In this document: piece after piece, positions 19,569-29,388 of the stretch
Layout: each line of letters opens with the position of its first letter
Position numbering within the stretch: position 1 is the first letter of the stretch
NCBI GenBank assembly: GCA_964477385.1
Contig: CAYZHQ010000012.1
Span: 21,180-85,179 of the forward strand
Reading direction: 5' to 3'
Length of the DNA stretch: 64,000 nucleotides
Origin: an uncultured Pirellulaceae bacterium
GTDB lineage: Bacteria; Planctomycetota; Planctomycetia; Pirellulales; Pirellulaceae
Notes under the pieces: generated by a model
Database searches by the model: none
Seen by the model: only the letters and a program-made list of their open reading frames with translations
What the model was told of the DNA's origin: nothing
Position numbers and translations under genes: made by a program

Positions 19569-19861
19569 TCGATTGATCTTTGCAGCACGCGTTGTTGCTG
19601 TCTCTTGCCCTTATGGATCGCTTAGGTGAGTCAATTCTCCCTTCGGTGAAAGGGGGGGCAGAAGCGTCCTCCATCGCGTCGTCCACAGTCCTGAACCGCT
19701 TCTTCACTTCTTCATTGTTTGTTCGCATGATCCTCATGGTCAGTGCCTAGACTTCCGTCGCCGTCAGAGTTTGGGTTGCGGCGTGAGTGGCGACACTCGG
19801 CGAGATCGCTCGCACCGACTTGCAGACCGGCACGTGATTATAGCTGATCGACCTTTTTCCA

Positions 19862-20842
19862 ATGGAAATCTCAAAAATGCGTACGTTGTCCTTGACCGGC
19901 ACGCCCCGGTTGCCCCGTCGTGGTGGCTTTACCCTTGTGGAGTTGTTAGTCGTGATTGCCATCATCGGTGTGTTGGTAGGGCTGTTGTTGCCGGCAGTGC
20001 AGGCGGCCCGCGAAGCTGCCCGACGCATGTCATGCAGCAACAATCTGAAGCAACACGGTTTGGCACTGCACAATTACCACGACACTTTCCTTGTTTTTCC
20101 CGCCGGGTGGGAAAATCGCGGAGGCGTTTGGAATGCCGATATCTTGCCGCAAATGGAACAAAAGAATTTGTACGATACGCTGCTGTGGCAGGAATCGGGA
20201 CTGGGCAACTGGGGGGCGGATGGTTCGCCCAATGAGGCCGCTGCGGGGACGGTCGTTTCCGCCTACCGATGTCCCAGTATGGCTCTGCCCGAGCACGTCA
20301 ACAACAACGGAATCCCAGGGCGTGTACCGGCGAGTTACCGAGGCAATTCGGGGAATGAATCGAGCTCTGACGACACCAGCACGATTGTGATCCCGGGGAC
20401 GAAGGGGTTGGAGAATACCGACCAAAATGGCATCTTTTTCGCCTGCAGTGACATTCGCTTTCGTGATGTCATCGATGGAACAAGCCACACGATCCTAGTG
20501 GGCGAGTCGTATACGGACCCTCAATTTGTCAAAGATGGTCAGGCGATGGATCACTGGTATATCGGTTCGCCTCAAATCGATCCGTGTCGGTGCGACAGTG
20601 GTACCGGAGGGACCGAATTTTCCGAGGTGGTCGGTGGAACGCTTGTGCCGCCGAATGCTCGTCGTCGCGATCCAACCTTGCACGGTCGCTTGATGGAGCT
20701 GTCGTTTGGTAGTTACCACATTGGGGGCGCTCAGTATACGTTGACCGACGGCGCTGTGCGGTTTATCAGCGATTCGATCGACATGCAGGTCTACTCGCCC
20801 CTGGGGTCTCGTGATGATGGTGAAGTGGTGGGAGACTATTAA
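19862..20842 (+). CDS. DUF1559 prepilin-type N-terminal cleavage protein
   Basis: [55 protein letters not shown]......DGAVRF. Confidence 0.96.
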   Translation: MEISKMRTLSLTGTPRLPRRGGFTLVELLVVIAIIGVLVGLLLPAVQAAREAARRMSCSNNLKQHGLALHNYHDTFLVFPAGWENRGGVWNADILPQMEQKNLYDTLLWQESGLGNWGADGSPNEAAAGTVVSAYRCPSMALPEHVNNNGIPGRVPASYRGNSGNESSSDDTSTIVIPGTKGLENTDQNGIFFACSDIRFRDVIDGTSHTILVGESYTDPQFVKDGQAMDHWYIGSPQIDPCRCDSGTGGTEFSEVVGGTLVPPNARRRDPTLHGRLMELSFGSYHIGGAQYTLTDGAVRFISDSIDMQVYSPLGSRDDGEVVGDY

Positions 20843-20892
20843 ATGCTCCGTCACGATTGCGTTCCCCGTTTTTTCCCACAAGAGGTTCTTTC

Positions 20893-21393
20893 ATGATGAA
20901 TATCTGTAAATCGCGATTGTTGCTGGCCCAAGGGAGCGGCCTGCTGCTGATGGCCACCCTGTTGGTGGGTTGCAGTGGTGGCTTGCAGGCCGATTACTCG
21001 GGCATCGGTTTGGTCCCCGTGAAGGGCAAAGTCACGTTGGATGGCGAGCCGCTCGTCGGCGCGGTTGTGTTTTTCGAAGCGGATGACGGCACGTACGCCT
21101 ACGCGACAACCGATTCCAACGGCCTGTATGCACTGCAGTACAACAGTGAAGTCGATGGCACTCCTCCAGGCGAGAAGGTGGTGCGGATCAGTACCACCGC
21201 GAGTATTGGAGAAGAGGAAATGGAGGAAGAGTTAGATGACGAGAGCGGCGGAGCGGTAAAAATCGATGCAAAGCAGGATCGCGTGCCGGTGGCCTACAAC
21301 AAGAATTCGAAGCTAAAGGTTTCGGTTTCCGCGGAACGCACCGAGTACAATTTTGATCTGCTGGGAGATGGTTCGACGACCGGACCAACGTAA
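20893..21393 (+). CDS. Carboxypeptidase-regulatory-like domain lipoprotein (usual DUF1559 partner)
   Basis: Lipobox LVGC, VKGKVTLDGEPL, TDSNGLY, VPVAYN. Confidence 0.88.
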   Translation: MMNICKSRLLLAQGSGLLLMATLLVGCSGGLQADYSGIGLVPVKGKVTLDGEPLVGAVVFFEADDGTYAYATTDSNGLYALQYNSEVDGTPPGEKVVRISTTASIGEEEMEEELDDESGGAVKIDAKQDRVPVAYNKNSKLKVSVSAERTEYNFDLLGDGSTTGPT

Positions 21394-21550
21394 GCCCTGA
21401 CCGTCGCTGGACTAGCTCGGCAATCCAGATGCGTTCGTTTCCCATTGTTCACGGTGAGGGTTTGGAGAAGTCAACTGATGCAGATGTCCTGAGGCGTCTG
21501 TTGCTCCAAAGCTTGCCAATCCCGTCGGTTCTCTTGCCTAGAAATTTTTG

Positions 21551-22381
21551 ATGCGTGCTTTAACAGTGGTTCTTTGCGGATTGTTTGGGATTGCCTGTCT
21601 GCCGACCTTGCAGGCTCAGCAGATCGTCGCCCATCGGGGTGCTTCGTTTGACGCGCCGGAGAATACTTTGGCAGCTTTTAGGCTCGCCTGGGATCAAGGT
21701 GCCGATGCGATTGAAGGCGATTTTTATTTGACGCGGGATCGACAGATCGTCTGCCTGCACGATAAGACGACCAAGCGGGTGGCCCCGAAGCAGAAGGAAT
21801 TGGTGGTGGCCCAATCGACCTTGGCCGAACTTCAGCAGTTGGATGTGGGAAGCTGGAAAGGCCAGGCGTTTGCAGACGAGAGGATGCCGACGCTGCGGGA
21901 GGTTCTGGCCACCGTTCCACCGGGTAAACAGATTCTGGTGGAAATTAAATGTGGCCCCGAAATCTTGCCGGTCCTGCAGACGGAATTGGCGGAGTCTGGA
22001 TTAGATGATCAGCAGGTCTTGGTTATTTGCTTTAGTGAAGCGGTGATCACTCAGGCACGACAGCAGATGCCGCAGTACAAAGCCAACTGGTTGACCTCCT
22101 ATAAGCAAACCGGGCTTGGCCGAAGTTGGGCACCGGATCAACAGAAGGTCTTGGCCGTCTTGCAACGTTCGAAAGCGACAGGCTTGGGAACCAACGCGAA
22201 TTTAGACGTGGTCGATGACGCGTTTGCGGGCGCCGTCGCGAAGGCTGGATTTGAATTGCACGCCTGGACTGTCAACAGCATCGATGCTGCCAAGACATTG
22301 CAAGCACTCGGGGTGCAATCCATTACCACCGATCGGCCATTGCTAATCCGTGACGCGATTCAGTCTGCCGCCCTGCCTTAG
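21551..22381 (+). CDS. Glycerophosphodiester phosphodiesterase (secreted)
   Basis: AHRGAS..APENTLAAF, EGD, HD, EIK, WTVN, ITTDRP. Confidence 0.95.
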   Translation: MRALTVVLCGLFGIACLPTLQAQQIVAHRGASFDAPENTLAAFRLAWDQGADAIEGDFYLTRDRQIVCLHDKTTKRVAPKQKELVVAQSTLAELQQLDVGSWKGQAFADERMPTLREVLATVPPGKQILVEIKCGPEILPVLQTELAESGLDDQQVLVICFSEAVITQARQQMPQYKANWLTSYKQTGLGRSWAPDQQKVLAVLQRSKATGLGTNANLDVVDDAFAGAVAKAGFELHAWTVNSIDAAKTLQALGVQSITTDRPLLIRDAIQSAALP

Positions 22382-22388
22382 CGGGCGC

Positions 22389-22868
22389 TCAAGCTTCAGG
22401 GGGAGCCTGTTGGGCTTGGCGGATCGCTTTGGTAAGCAAGCGGTCGAAGGTGGCTGCGAAGGCTTTTTTATCGGCGTCGCCGTACGGTGCGGAGCCTCCG
22501 CCGACCATCCCTTCTCCTCGCAGGGTATCCATGAAGTTGCGCATTGAGAGTCGCGACGCGATGGTGTTGGGGGAGTACTCGTCGCCCCGCGGGTCGATCA
22601 CATACAGCCCCTTCGCCACTAGGTCGCCTGCGAGAGGCACGTCGGCGGTAATGGCAAGATCCCCGGCAGTACCGTGCTGGTGGATGAAGCGATCGGCTTC
22701 GTCAGCACCTTCTCGGACCTGAATCGATCGAACCATCGTTAAACCAGGCGGCGTATCGAGTAAGCGGTTGGCGACCAGCAGTGTTTCGATTTCAAGTCGC
22801 TTCGCCGCTCGGTAGACGATCTGTTTGACTTCCGTGGGGGCGGCATCCGCGTCGATCCAAATCCGCAC
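22389..22868 (-). CDS. YaiI/YqxD (DUF188) family protein
   Basis: [27 protein letters not shown] 22868 is preferred because the longer ORF runs through the repeat. Confidence 0.92.
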   Translation of the reverse strand: MRIWIDADAAPTEVKQIVYRAAKRLEIETLLVANRLLDTPPGLTMVRSIQVREGADEADRFIHQHGTAGDLAITADVPLAGDLVAKGLYVIDPRGDEYSPNTIASRLSMRNFMDTLRGEGMVGGGSAPYGDADKKAFAATFDRLLTKAIRQAQQAPPEA

Positions 22869-22901
22869 TGATTTGTCTTTCTTAAGAGTCTGGCCAATTG
22901 C

Positions 22902-23006
22902 TTTGGCAATGAGCGATAAATAAGTGTCGGGTACCTTTTGTGCGAAGCACCTGAAGGGCGAGTTCCTCGCAAAAGGTACCCGACACTTTTTTGTCGCACG
23001 ATCCTT
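22902..23006. repeat. 105-bp palindromic dispersed repeat (REP/MITE-like), copy 2
   Basis: Perfect 19-bp inverted repeat at 22922-22940 / 22970-22988. Same orientation as copy 1. Confidence 0.9.
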
Positions 23007-23161
23007 GGTCAAGCAAATACCTAGCCAAAACGGGATTGACCGAAGGTGTCAAACGGTACGCCGAAGATACGTTCTGTCGAGGGGAAACGTTCTCCGCGGC
23101 GGGCTAAAAAAAGAGATTTCGGCTCGGTTTTCACTATCGCTCGATCACGGAAGGTTTTTCG

Positions 23162-23539
23162 ATGACTAAGTTTTACATTGTCTGCGGTTCACAGTCGCTT
23201 GTCATTACCGCTTCGTCGGCTCGGCAGGCCGCAATGCGGATGATGGACGAAGTCATGTCCGCTCATATTTGGATCTACGACGATCCCGACTTGAGCGAGC
23301 AGGACCGTCGCGATCATTTGGTGTTGGAGGCATTATTGCATCTCGGAACGACCGTTGTGGTTAGCCAACGTGGTCTTGGACGGGCCGATGGCGGAACGTT
23401 TGAAGTCCCCGAGTTGCTCGAGGAATGGCATCGCCTGATGAGCTGTGTCAGCCGTCTGTTCGTCGCTGCGGGTTTGGTTCCTCGACGCGTGTTGCCGCAA
23501 ACAATGGAGGGTGGCGTTCGCCCCTTGTTGCCGCGATAG
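23162..23539 (+). CDS. Hypothetical protein (125 aa)
   Basis: ATG with GGAAGG upstream, fills the intergenic gap, protein-like composition. Confidence 0.75.
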   Translation: MTKFYIVCGSQSLVITASSARQAAMRMMDEVMSAHIWIYDDPDLSEQDRRDHLVLEALLHLGTTVVVSQRGLGRADGGTFEVPELLEEWHRLMSCVSRLFVAAGLVPRRVLPQTMEGGVRPLLPR

Positions 23540-23734
23540 GAAACGCTGCCAAGCCAAATCGGCAAGCGGAAGGATGCTATAATCGTCCCTGACGAGGCAA
23601 CCCATCTCACCGAGAAGGTTGGTTGTTTTCGCTCCTGCTGCAGGAACGGCATCCCGGCGACAGTCACTGAATGTTGTTGCGACGAAGTGTGCTTCCTGTC
23701 TCTCCCCCCCCGTTTCCCCAAAGTGATTTCCCCG

Positions 23735-24736
23735 ATGAATGTATTACGAACCAATCGATTGTTATGTCTCTCTGCCGTCGTTTCCATGGTGCTCTCGCAT
23801 AGCACCTCGCAAGGTGCTGATTCGAAAGGACCGGTATACACCGACGCGGCCAACGCAGGTCCCGATTACGCGCTGCAGGGCGAGTACGAAGGGGTGGTTC
23901 AAACCGCCGATGGCGAAAAACGTTTTGGCGCTCAAGTCATTGCTTTGGGGGATCATCGATTTCAAGCAGTAGGCTTTTATGGCGGTCTGCCAGGTGCGGG
24001 TTGGAAAAGAGGGGATAAAGTCACCAGAGTGGAAGGTACGGCAGTCGATGGCAAACTGACGGTGGAGACCGAAGGTGCAATCGTCGAAATAGCCGATGGC
24101 AAAGCGAAAGTGAAGTCGGAAGGCAAGTTGATTGGAACGCTGCAAAAGACGAAACGCAGCAGTCCAACGCTCGGTGCCAAGCCACCTGCGGATGCGGTGG
24201 TGTTGTTTGACGGCTCCTCCGCGGATGCCTTTGTAAATGGTCAAATGGTCGACGGGAAATGGCTTGCCGCAAGCAACTGTGCCAGTAAAGAAAAGTTTGG
24301 TGATCACCATCTGCACATTGAATTCCGCACGCCCTTCATGCCTCAAGCTCGCGGGCAGGCACGCGGTAACAGCGGGGTCTATATCCAAAGCCGCTACGAG
24401 TTGCAGGTGCTCGATTCGTTCGGGCTAGACGGCAAGGACAATGAATGCGGAGGGATCTATTCGGTCTCCGAGCCGATTGTCAACATGTGCTTGCCACCGC
24501 TGGCTTGGCAGACGTACGACATTGATTTCACTGCTGCCCGATATGATGATTCAGGCAACAAAGTCAAGAACGCGCAGGTCACGATTTCCCATAACGGAGT
24601 GGTCATTCATGAAGACCGCGTGCTGCCTCATGGGACGCCTGGCCGCAATGCGGAAGGGGTTGGACCCGATGCGTTGTTCTTGCAGAACCACGGCAACCCC
24701 GTGGTATTTCGAAACATCTGGGTGACGACCAAGTAG
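23735..24736 (+). CDS. DUF1080 (3-keto-disaccharide hydrolase family) protein
   Basis: VLFDG, LHIEF, GNSGVY, YELQVLDS, WQTYDI, LQNHG.PV.FRNIW, signal peptide. Confidence 0.93.
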   Translation: MNVLRTNRLLCLSAVVSMVLSHSTSQGADSKGPVYTDAANAGPDYALQGEYEGVVQTADGEKRFGAQVIALGDHRFQAVGFYGGLPGAGWKRGDKVTRVEGTAVDGKLTVETEGAIVEIADGKAKVKSEGKLIGTLQKTKRSSPTLGAKPPADAVVLFDGSSADAFVNGQMVDGKWLAASNCASKEKFGDHHLHIEFRTPFMPQARGQARGNSGVYIQSRYELQVLDSFGLDGKDNECGGIYSVSEPIVNMCLPPLAWQTYDIDFTAARYDDSGNKVKNAQVTISHNGVVIHEDRVLPHGTPGRNAEGVGPDALFLQNHGNPVVFRNIWVTTK

Positions 24737-24741
24737 GCAAA

Positions 24742-26253
24742 CTACTCCGGCTTCACGGTCAAACCCCAACTGTGCAGCATGCCGAACCGTTCGCTACGCG
24801 AACCGCTAATCACCAATTGCCAAACGCCTTTCATGCTCTGGCCGTTAAAGTGGCTCAGGCTTGGCTGGCGTTTTTGCAATGCTTCGGGAGAAAAGCTTCC
24901 CTCGAAGGGGGGGCGAGCTTTTGTAATCGGCGTTCCCGATTGATCGTCGAAAATCGTGCGAGTGAAATGATCGTCGCTGCCACCGACGTTGGTGAACAAT
25001 TCAATGCGTTGTCCATCGGGGCCGATCAAGAAGCCATCGAGCTGTGAGGTATACGTGTGTGTGATAGACAATTGCAAATTTAAATCGCTGATGATGAACT
25101 CATCATCGACGACAATTTCCGAGATCACCGTTTTGCGAGGGGCAAGGATTTCGGCGTTTCGATTTGTGTAGTTTCCACCCACCAGCGATTTCGCTTGAAT
25201 GGCTTCATTGATGGTCAGCAAGCCATCCTGGTTTGTGTCCAGTTCGTTGAATTCACGCAAGCTTTCTTCGGTCCATTCCTCGGCGAACTCCGCCATCGCA
25301 ACTTGGTTGTCTCGGTTTTTGTCACGCTCGTAAAACCAACTAGGCAAACCCTCGGAAATATCTCCCGCTTCGTCTTGCAACTCACTCATGAAGGCCTGTA
25401 ATTCGTCACGATCCAGTTCGCCGTCACGATTAACATCCATGCGTCCGAACGGGATCCCCATGCTGCCCGCCTCCACTTCGCTTAAGCGCCCGTTGCGATT
25501 GGAGTCGAAGCGACTGAGGAGTGTCCTCGCCAAGTAGGTCTCCATGCCTCCGCGTCGTCTGCTTCGCCAATCGTCTTGACGTGAATCGTCACGACGGTCT
25601 GATGATCGAATCCCATTTCCTGTGCGGACCGCTTTTTTGATCAGTTCGCCGGCAGTCCCAGACAACAGACGTCGTCGCGCGTACCGCTGCGCCAGTTCCA
25701 GGCGGCTGAGCCGATCGTCGTTGTTGTAGTCCTCTTCGAATGGATCGCGGTGCGTCCAGTCGGCACGACGAGCTTCTGCCCGATCGATGTAGCCGTCTTT
25801 ATTGCGGTCGCTGCGACGCAACGTCCGGTCGGCTTGATCCAAGTCATCTTGGATGTACGGGTATTTCACTTCCGACAAGCCAAACTCGGGTACAAGCGGT
25901 TGGTCCTCTTCCGGCCCGAAAGACATGACACCACCCGCTCGTTTGGGCGTTACATTTCTACCTGAAACGCCATTTTGGAGGGCGTGGTAGACACGTGCCG
26001 CCTCTTGCCACTCTTCGATGGAATTGGATCGGCCGAGCGACATCCGTTTGGCTTTGCTGATCCTTTCGAGGTAGGGCCGTGCCAAAGGAGTGACTTCTTC
26101 GGGATCGATTTCGCCATTTTCGTTTCGATCGAGCCGCTCCAACGATTTTCGCAGGCCGGCTTGTCCATAGGCGAGCGAGCCGAGAGGACAGGCGATCGAA
26201 AACAGCGGCAAGCACAACCCGATCAGAGCGCGTAGCGAATGGCAGCGAGGCAT
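24742..26253 (-). CDS. Multi EF-hand + proprotein convertase P-domain secreted protein
   Basis: EF loops DRNENGEIDPEE, DRNKDGYIDRAE, DSNRNGRLSEVE, DVNRDGELDRDE, DTNQDGLLTINE. P-domain ITHTY..L...LIGPDG...GVWQL. Confidence 0.88.
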   Translation of the reverse strand: MPRCHSLRALIGLCLPLFSIACPLGSLAYGQAGLRKSLERLDRNENGEIDPEEVTPLARPYLERISKAKRMSLGRSNSIEEWQEAARVYHALQNGVSGRNVTPKRAGGVMSFGPEEDQPLVPEFGLSEVKYPYIQDDLDQADRTLRRSDRNKDGYIDRAEARRADWTHRDPFEEDYNNDDRLSRLELAQRYARRRLLSGTAGELIKKAVRTGNGIRSSDRRDDSRQDDWRSRRRGGMETYLARTLLSRFDSNRNGRLSEVEAGSMGIPFGRMDVNRDGELDRDELQAFMSELQDEAGDISEGLPSWFYERDKNRDNQVAMAEFAEEWTEESLREFNELDTNQDGLLTINEAIQAKSLVGGNYTNRNAEILAPRKTVISEIVVDDEFIISDLNLQLSITHTYTSQLDGFLIGPDGQRIELFTNVGGSDDHFTRTIFDDQSGTPITKARPPFEGSFSPEALQKRQPSLSHFNGQSMKGVWQLVISGSRSERFGMLHSWGLTVKPE

Positions 26254-26272
26254 GGCGTGGGGTCCTTGTGCC

Positions 26273-28999
26273 TTAACGGCTGACGCGAGAGCGTTGTGAG
26301 GAAGAGGTCCGTGATGTGGGCCGTTGATCCGACGAACTTCCTTCGCCTTGCAACAGCTCTTCAAGCACGGCACCGAAGGCGGCGCTGCTGCTTGGAGCGA
26401 CCACGGTAATCGACTGCTCCCCTCTGGCATCGATCGCCAACGCCAATTGCTCCACTTCGGCAAACAATTGCGGTGGAGCGGTGACGATCAACGAATTGCT
26501 TGGCTCGTGGACGGCGACGGTCAACTTGGGTTCGAGGTCCCGGGTTGCAGGGTTCTGCGTCGGCTTGATGCCTTTCTTCTCCTCCGCCCTCTGTCTCGCT
26601 TCGGCTTCGCGTTGAGCTTGCTGAGCGGCCTGTGCGTTTGCGGCGCCTCCCCTGCCCTGTCCGTTTTGATTGTCGGTCAGGATGCGACCGGCAAAAGCTT
26701 CGCGGATCGCTTCGGCGACTTCATCGGCCCGAGTGTAGGTCAGTTCGATCACATGCGGAGTGCCGTAGGTTTCGATCGACGTGATGCTTCGGTCTTTGTC
26801 GATGATTTTTAAGTAGTCTTCGATTAACTCGATGTCCGCCGCGGTGCCTTGAGCAATCAAACGGTTAAGCCGTGAATCGGCAACCACTGTTATCGAGCCA
26901 GCCATCATCGTCGTGGTGCCTTCATCGGAAGTCATCATCGAGCCAAACATCGATGCCCCTTCTGAGCTGGAAGAGACATAGCCTTTGACCAAAGAATTGG
27001 CTTCGCTGCCGCGGGTCATCTCACCGCCATCGATCAGCTCGCGGAGCATTCGCAGCGCGTCGGCCGGCTTGGAGTGTTTCAGGTAAAAAACCACTGGCGG
27101 CAAAGGTTCTGAATCCATCGGTCCCACCAAAGCCCGCAGCTGGGATTCAAACTTGTCGAGTGCCGCGATGTCATCCGATTGCAGCAACAAGCCTCGTGGC
27201 GAGAGCTGACAGCGAATCATGGGGGCCTGACTGTTGCCGGTTGACGAAAGCAACCGTGGGCTAACCGAGGACTCTGCGGATTGGTCGAGCGGCGAGGCAG
27301 GTTCCACGGCGGGATCGTTAGGCACGCGCTCCGAAGATTGATCGGCGGGCGATTTAGCAGTCGGGTAATAAAGGATCGGATTGGGGCCTCGCCAGAACCG
27401 AGCCGCCGTTTCCAATGCTTGCTCGCCCAGTCGACCAGCCAGCGGCACAATACGTAATGCCGGGCCTTCGCTATCTCCGGGAACGTTGCCCGTTTCTAGG
27501 CCGGCCACGATTTTCTTGATCTGGTCGATTTGTTGTTTCTTGCCGCGGACAAACAGCCGCATGTTGCCAGGATCGGCGTCAATTTTCGGAGCTGCTTCGG
27601 CACCTTTGACGGGCTTATCGAGAGGGCCTGGAATATCGAGCATCTCCTCGAGCAGGCTGATGACAAAATAGGGGTCAACCGTTTTCAGTGGAATGACTTC
27701 GAAATCGGCAACATCGGCTTCGAGTTGCGAAACCGTGGCCGCGATTTCTTGATGGACCGATGGCGCGGCAAGCGCAACGATGCTGCCGGCGGTTTCATCC
27801 ATCGAGAGTCGCACCGACTGACGAGCGAGTAACGTTTGCAGAACGTTGTAGATGGTCTCCACGTTGCCGCCTCCCACGACATACGATCGCAACACCATCT
27901 CGCCATTCTGAGTGTTCATCTGTGGCTGCGGCACATCGATCGCTTTAACCAAACCCTCGATCAGCTTGACTTTGTCTTCAACGCCCGTGACAAACAGATT
28001 CTTTCCTTGCAGGTCAGCGGAGAGGCTGATGTCGATGCCGATCATCTCATCCGTTGCCAGACCGAGGTGAGGACGCGCGACGACCAAGACGTCCTCGGCA
28101 CTGACGTGGTCCAAAGCGAAATTTTGGACGACCGTTCCGTTGGACATTTCGGGAGTCTCAAACGCTGCCAAGACCGCGCGAACGCTTTGCAGTTTCGCCA
28201 CCGTATCGGTGATCATCAATTGGTTCGTCTTGGACAGCACCGCTGGCGTCGACATTAAATTCAACGCACTTAGTTCTTGCACTGCGTCTTCGGCCTGGAT
28301 CTGGCCTAGTGGGAAGACGCACTTCACCACGTCGTGGTTGCTCTCTTCGGCAAGTTGATTCACGCTGACCAACCGCGCCAGTACATCCAGCTTTTGCAGC
28401 CCCCGGGGATCTGCCAAGTTGATCACCGACAACAGCTTTCCGCTCCGTACCAGCGTGTAGCCCTCCGAAAGCAGGAACAAGTTGACTCGTTCAATCGCCT
28501 CTTGGGGCGCGAAGGCGTTGGGATCCGAATAGGTAAAGCTGCCCGTGGGGAGTTCACTGAAGTGGAGTGCCAAATCGGCTTCGTCCGCCAACCAAGTGAT
28601 CACGTCACGCCAAGGAACGGCGTTGAAGGAGAACATCAGTTGGTCGTTCTCGGACGTCTGCTCAGTGGTCTCGTCCGAAGGTGGGTCGTTCGAAGGTGGA
28701 TCGTTCGAAGGTGGATCGTTCGAAGGTGGATCGTTCGAAGGTGGATCGTTCGAAGGTGGATCGCCTGTTTCCGTGTTGGAGGCTGCTTCTTGAGGCACCG
28801 CCACCGTTGCGTTGAGTTCGGTCACCTCAGCCGTGGCATCGGGAAGGCTCGGTACGGCGTCGGTCTCCGATGACGCATTCGAATCGGTCGTGACAGTTGG
28901 GGCGGGCACACCCTGGGGGGGTTCTCCGAAGACCAGCGCACACCCCATCAAAAGTGGAGACAGCAAAACAGGAAAACGAGAATGCCGGAGGATTGTCAT
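26273..28999 (-). CDS. Secretin N-terminal domain-containing protein (no C-terminal secretin barrel seen)
   Basis: FSFNAVPW.DV..WLA N0-like start and repeated N-domain motifs (TNQLMITD, ADPGNMRLFVRG, ADSRLNRLIAQG, HEPSNSLIVTAP). Confidence 0.8.
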   Translation of the reverse strand: MTILRHSRFPVLLSPLLMGCALVFGEPPQGVPAPTVTTDSNASSETDAVPSLPDATAEVTELNATVAVPQEAASNTETGDPPSNDPPSNDPPSNDPPSNDPPSNDPPSDETTEQTSENDQLMFSFNAVPWRDVITWLADEADLALHFSELPTGSFTYSDPNAFAPQEAIERVNLFLLSEGYTLVRSGKLLSVINLADPRGLQKLDVLARLVSVNQLAEESNHDVVKCVFPLGQIQAEDAVQELSALNLMSTPAVLSKTNQLMITDTVAKLQSVRAVLAAFETPEMSNGTVVQNFALDHVSAEDVLVVARPHLGLATDEMIGIDISLSADLQGKNLFVTGVEDKVKLIEGLVKAIDVPQPQMNTQNGEMVLRSYVVGGGNVETIYNVLQTLLARQSVRLSMDETAGSIVALAAPSVHQEIAATVSQLEADVADFEVIPLKTVDPYFVISLLEEMLDIPGPLDKPVKGAEAAPKIDADPGNMRLFVRGKKQQIDQIKKIVAGLETGNVPGDSEGPALRIVPLAGRLGEQALETAARFWRGPNPILYYPTAKSPADQSSERVPNDPAVEPASPLDQSAESSVSPRLLSSTGNSQAPMIRCQLSPRGLLLQSDDIAALDKFESQLRALVGPMDSEPLPPVVFYLKHSKPADALRMLRELIDGGEMTRGSEANSLVKGYVSSSSEGASMFGSMMTSDEGTTTMMAGSITVVADSRLNRLIAQGTAADIELIEDYLKIIDKDRSITSIETYGTPHVIELTYTRADEVAEAIREAFAGRILTDNQNGQGRGGAANAQAAQQAQREAEARQRAEEKKGIKPTQNPATRDLEPKLTVAVHEPSNSLIVTAPPQLFAEVEQLALAIDARGEQSITVVAPSSSAAFGAVLEELLQGEGSSSDQRPTSRTSSSQRSRVSR
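28676..28763. repeat. 15-bp tandem repeat (about 6 units) encoding (N)DPPS
   Basis: CGAAGGTGGATCGTT units read directly, with one A>G variant in the first unit. Confidence 0.97.
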
Positions 29000-29388
29000 G
29001 CAGATAGGCACCGTGATCGCGATCGCTGGAGGGAAAACCAGCGATCGGGACGCGAGGTGGGAATGGAAGGCGGGAAGCGAATCGGTGGGAGGGGTTCGCA
29101 AGCGGAGCAGAGCTTGCTCAAAACCCATATTTATCGTAACCAGAAAGCTCCCTCAAAACAATGTTTCGACTGGCTCAGTCACTACGGGGACCTTAAAAGC
29201 AAGGCTAGCCCGACGGCGGCGGGAAAGAATGCAGAGGTTGGTTTTCCCAGGAGAAGCTTGGGCGTCGCCGCGTCAGGTTGCGGCGCCGTTCCTCTACGTT
29301 GCCTGATTTCAAAAGATTTGTCGCTATTTCCGAACCGGTTTGTTTCCGAACCCGTTTGACTGCTCGCTGGAAAATTGCGTTAGCCTCG

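Noticed and set aside
19441..19700. SAM riboswitch upstream of the methyltransferase
   Set aside because: SAM-I/II core motifs were not found on either strand by eye.
22869..23012. N-terminal extension of YaiI in the ORF track
   Set aside because: It is a translation of the palindromic repeat; family similarity starts at VRIWIDADA.
28676..28763. Possible CRISPR array
   Set aside because: Contiguous 15-bp units with no spacers, in frame within a CDS, and no cas genes.
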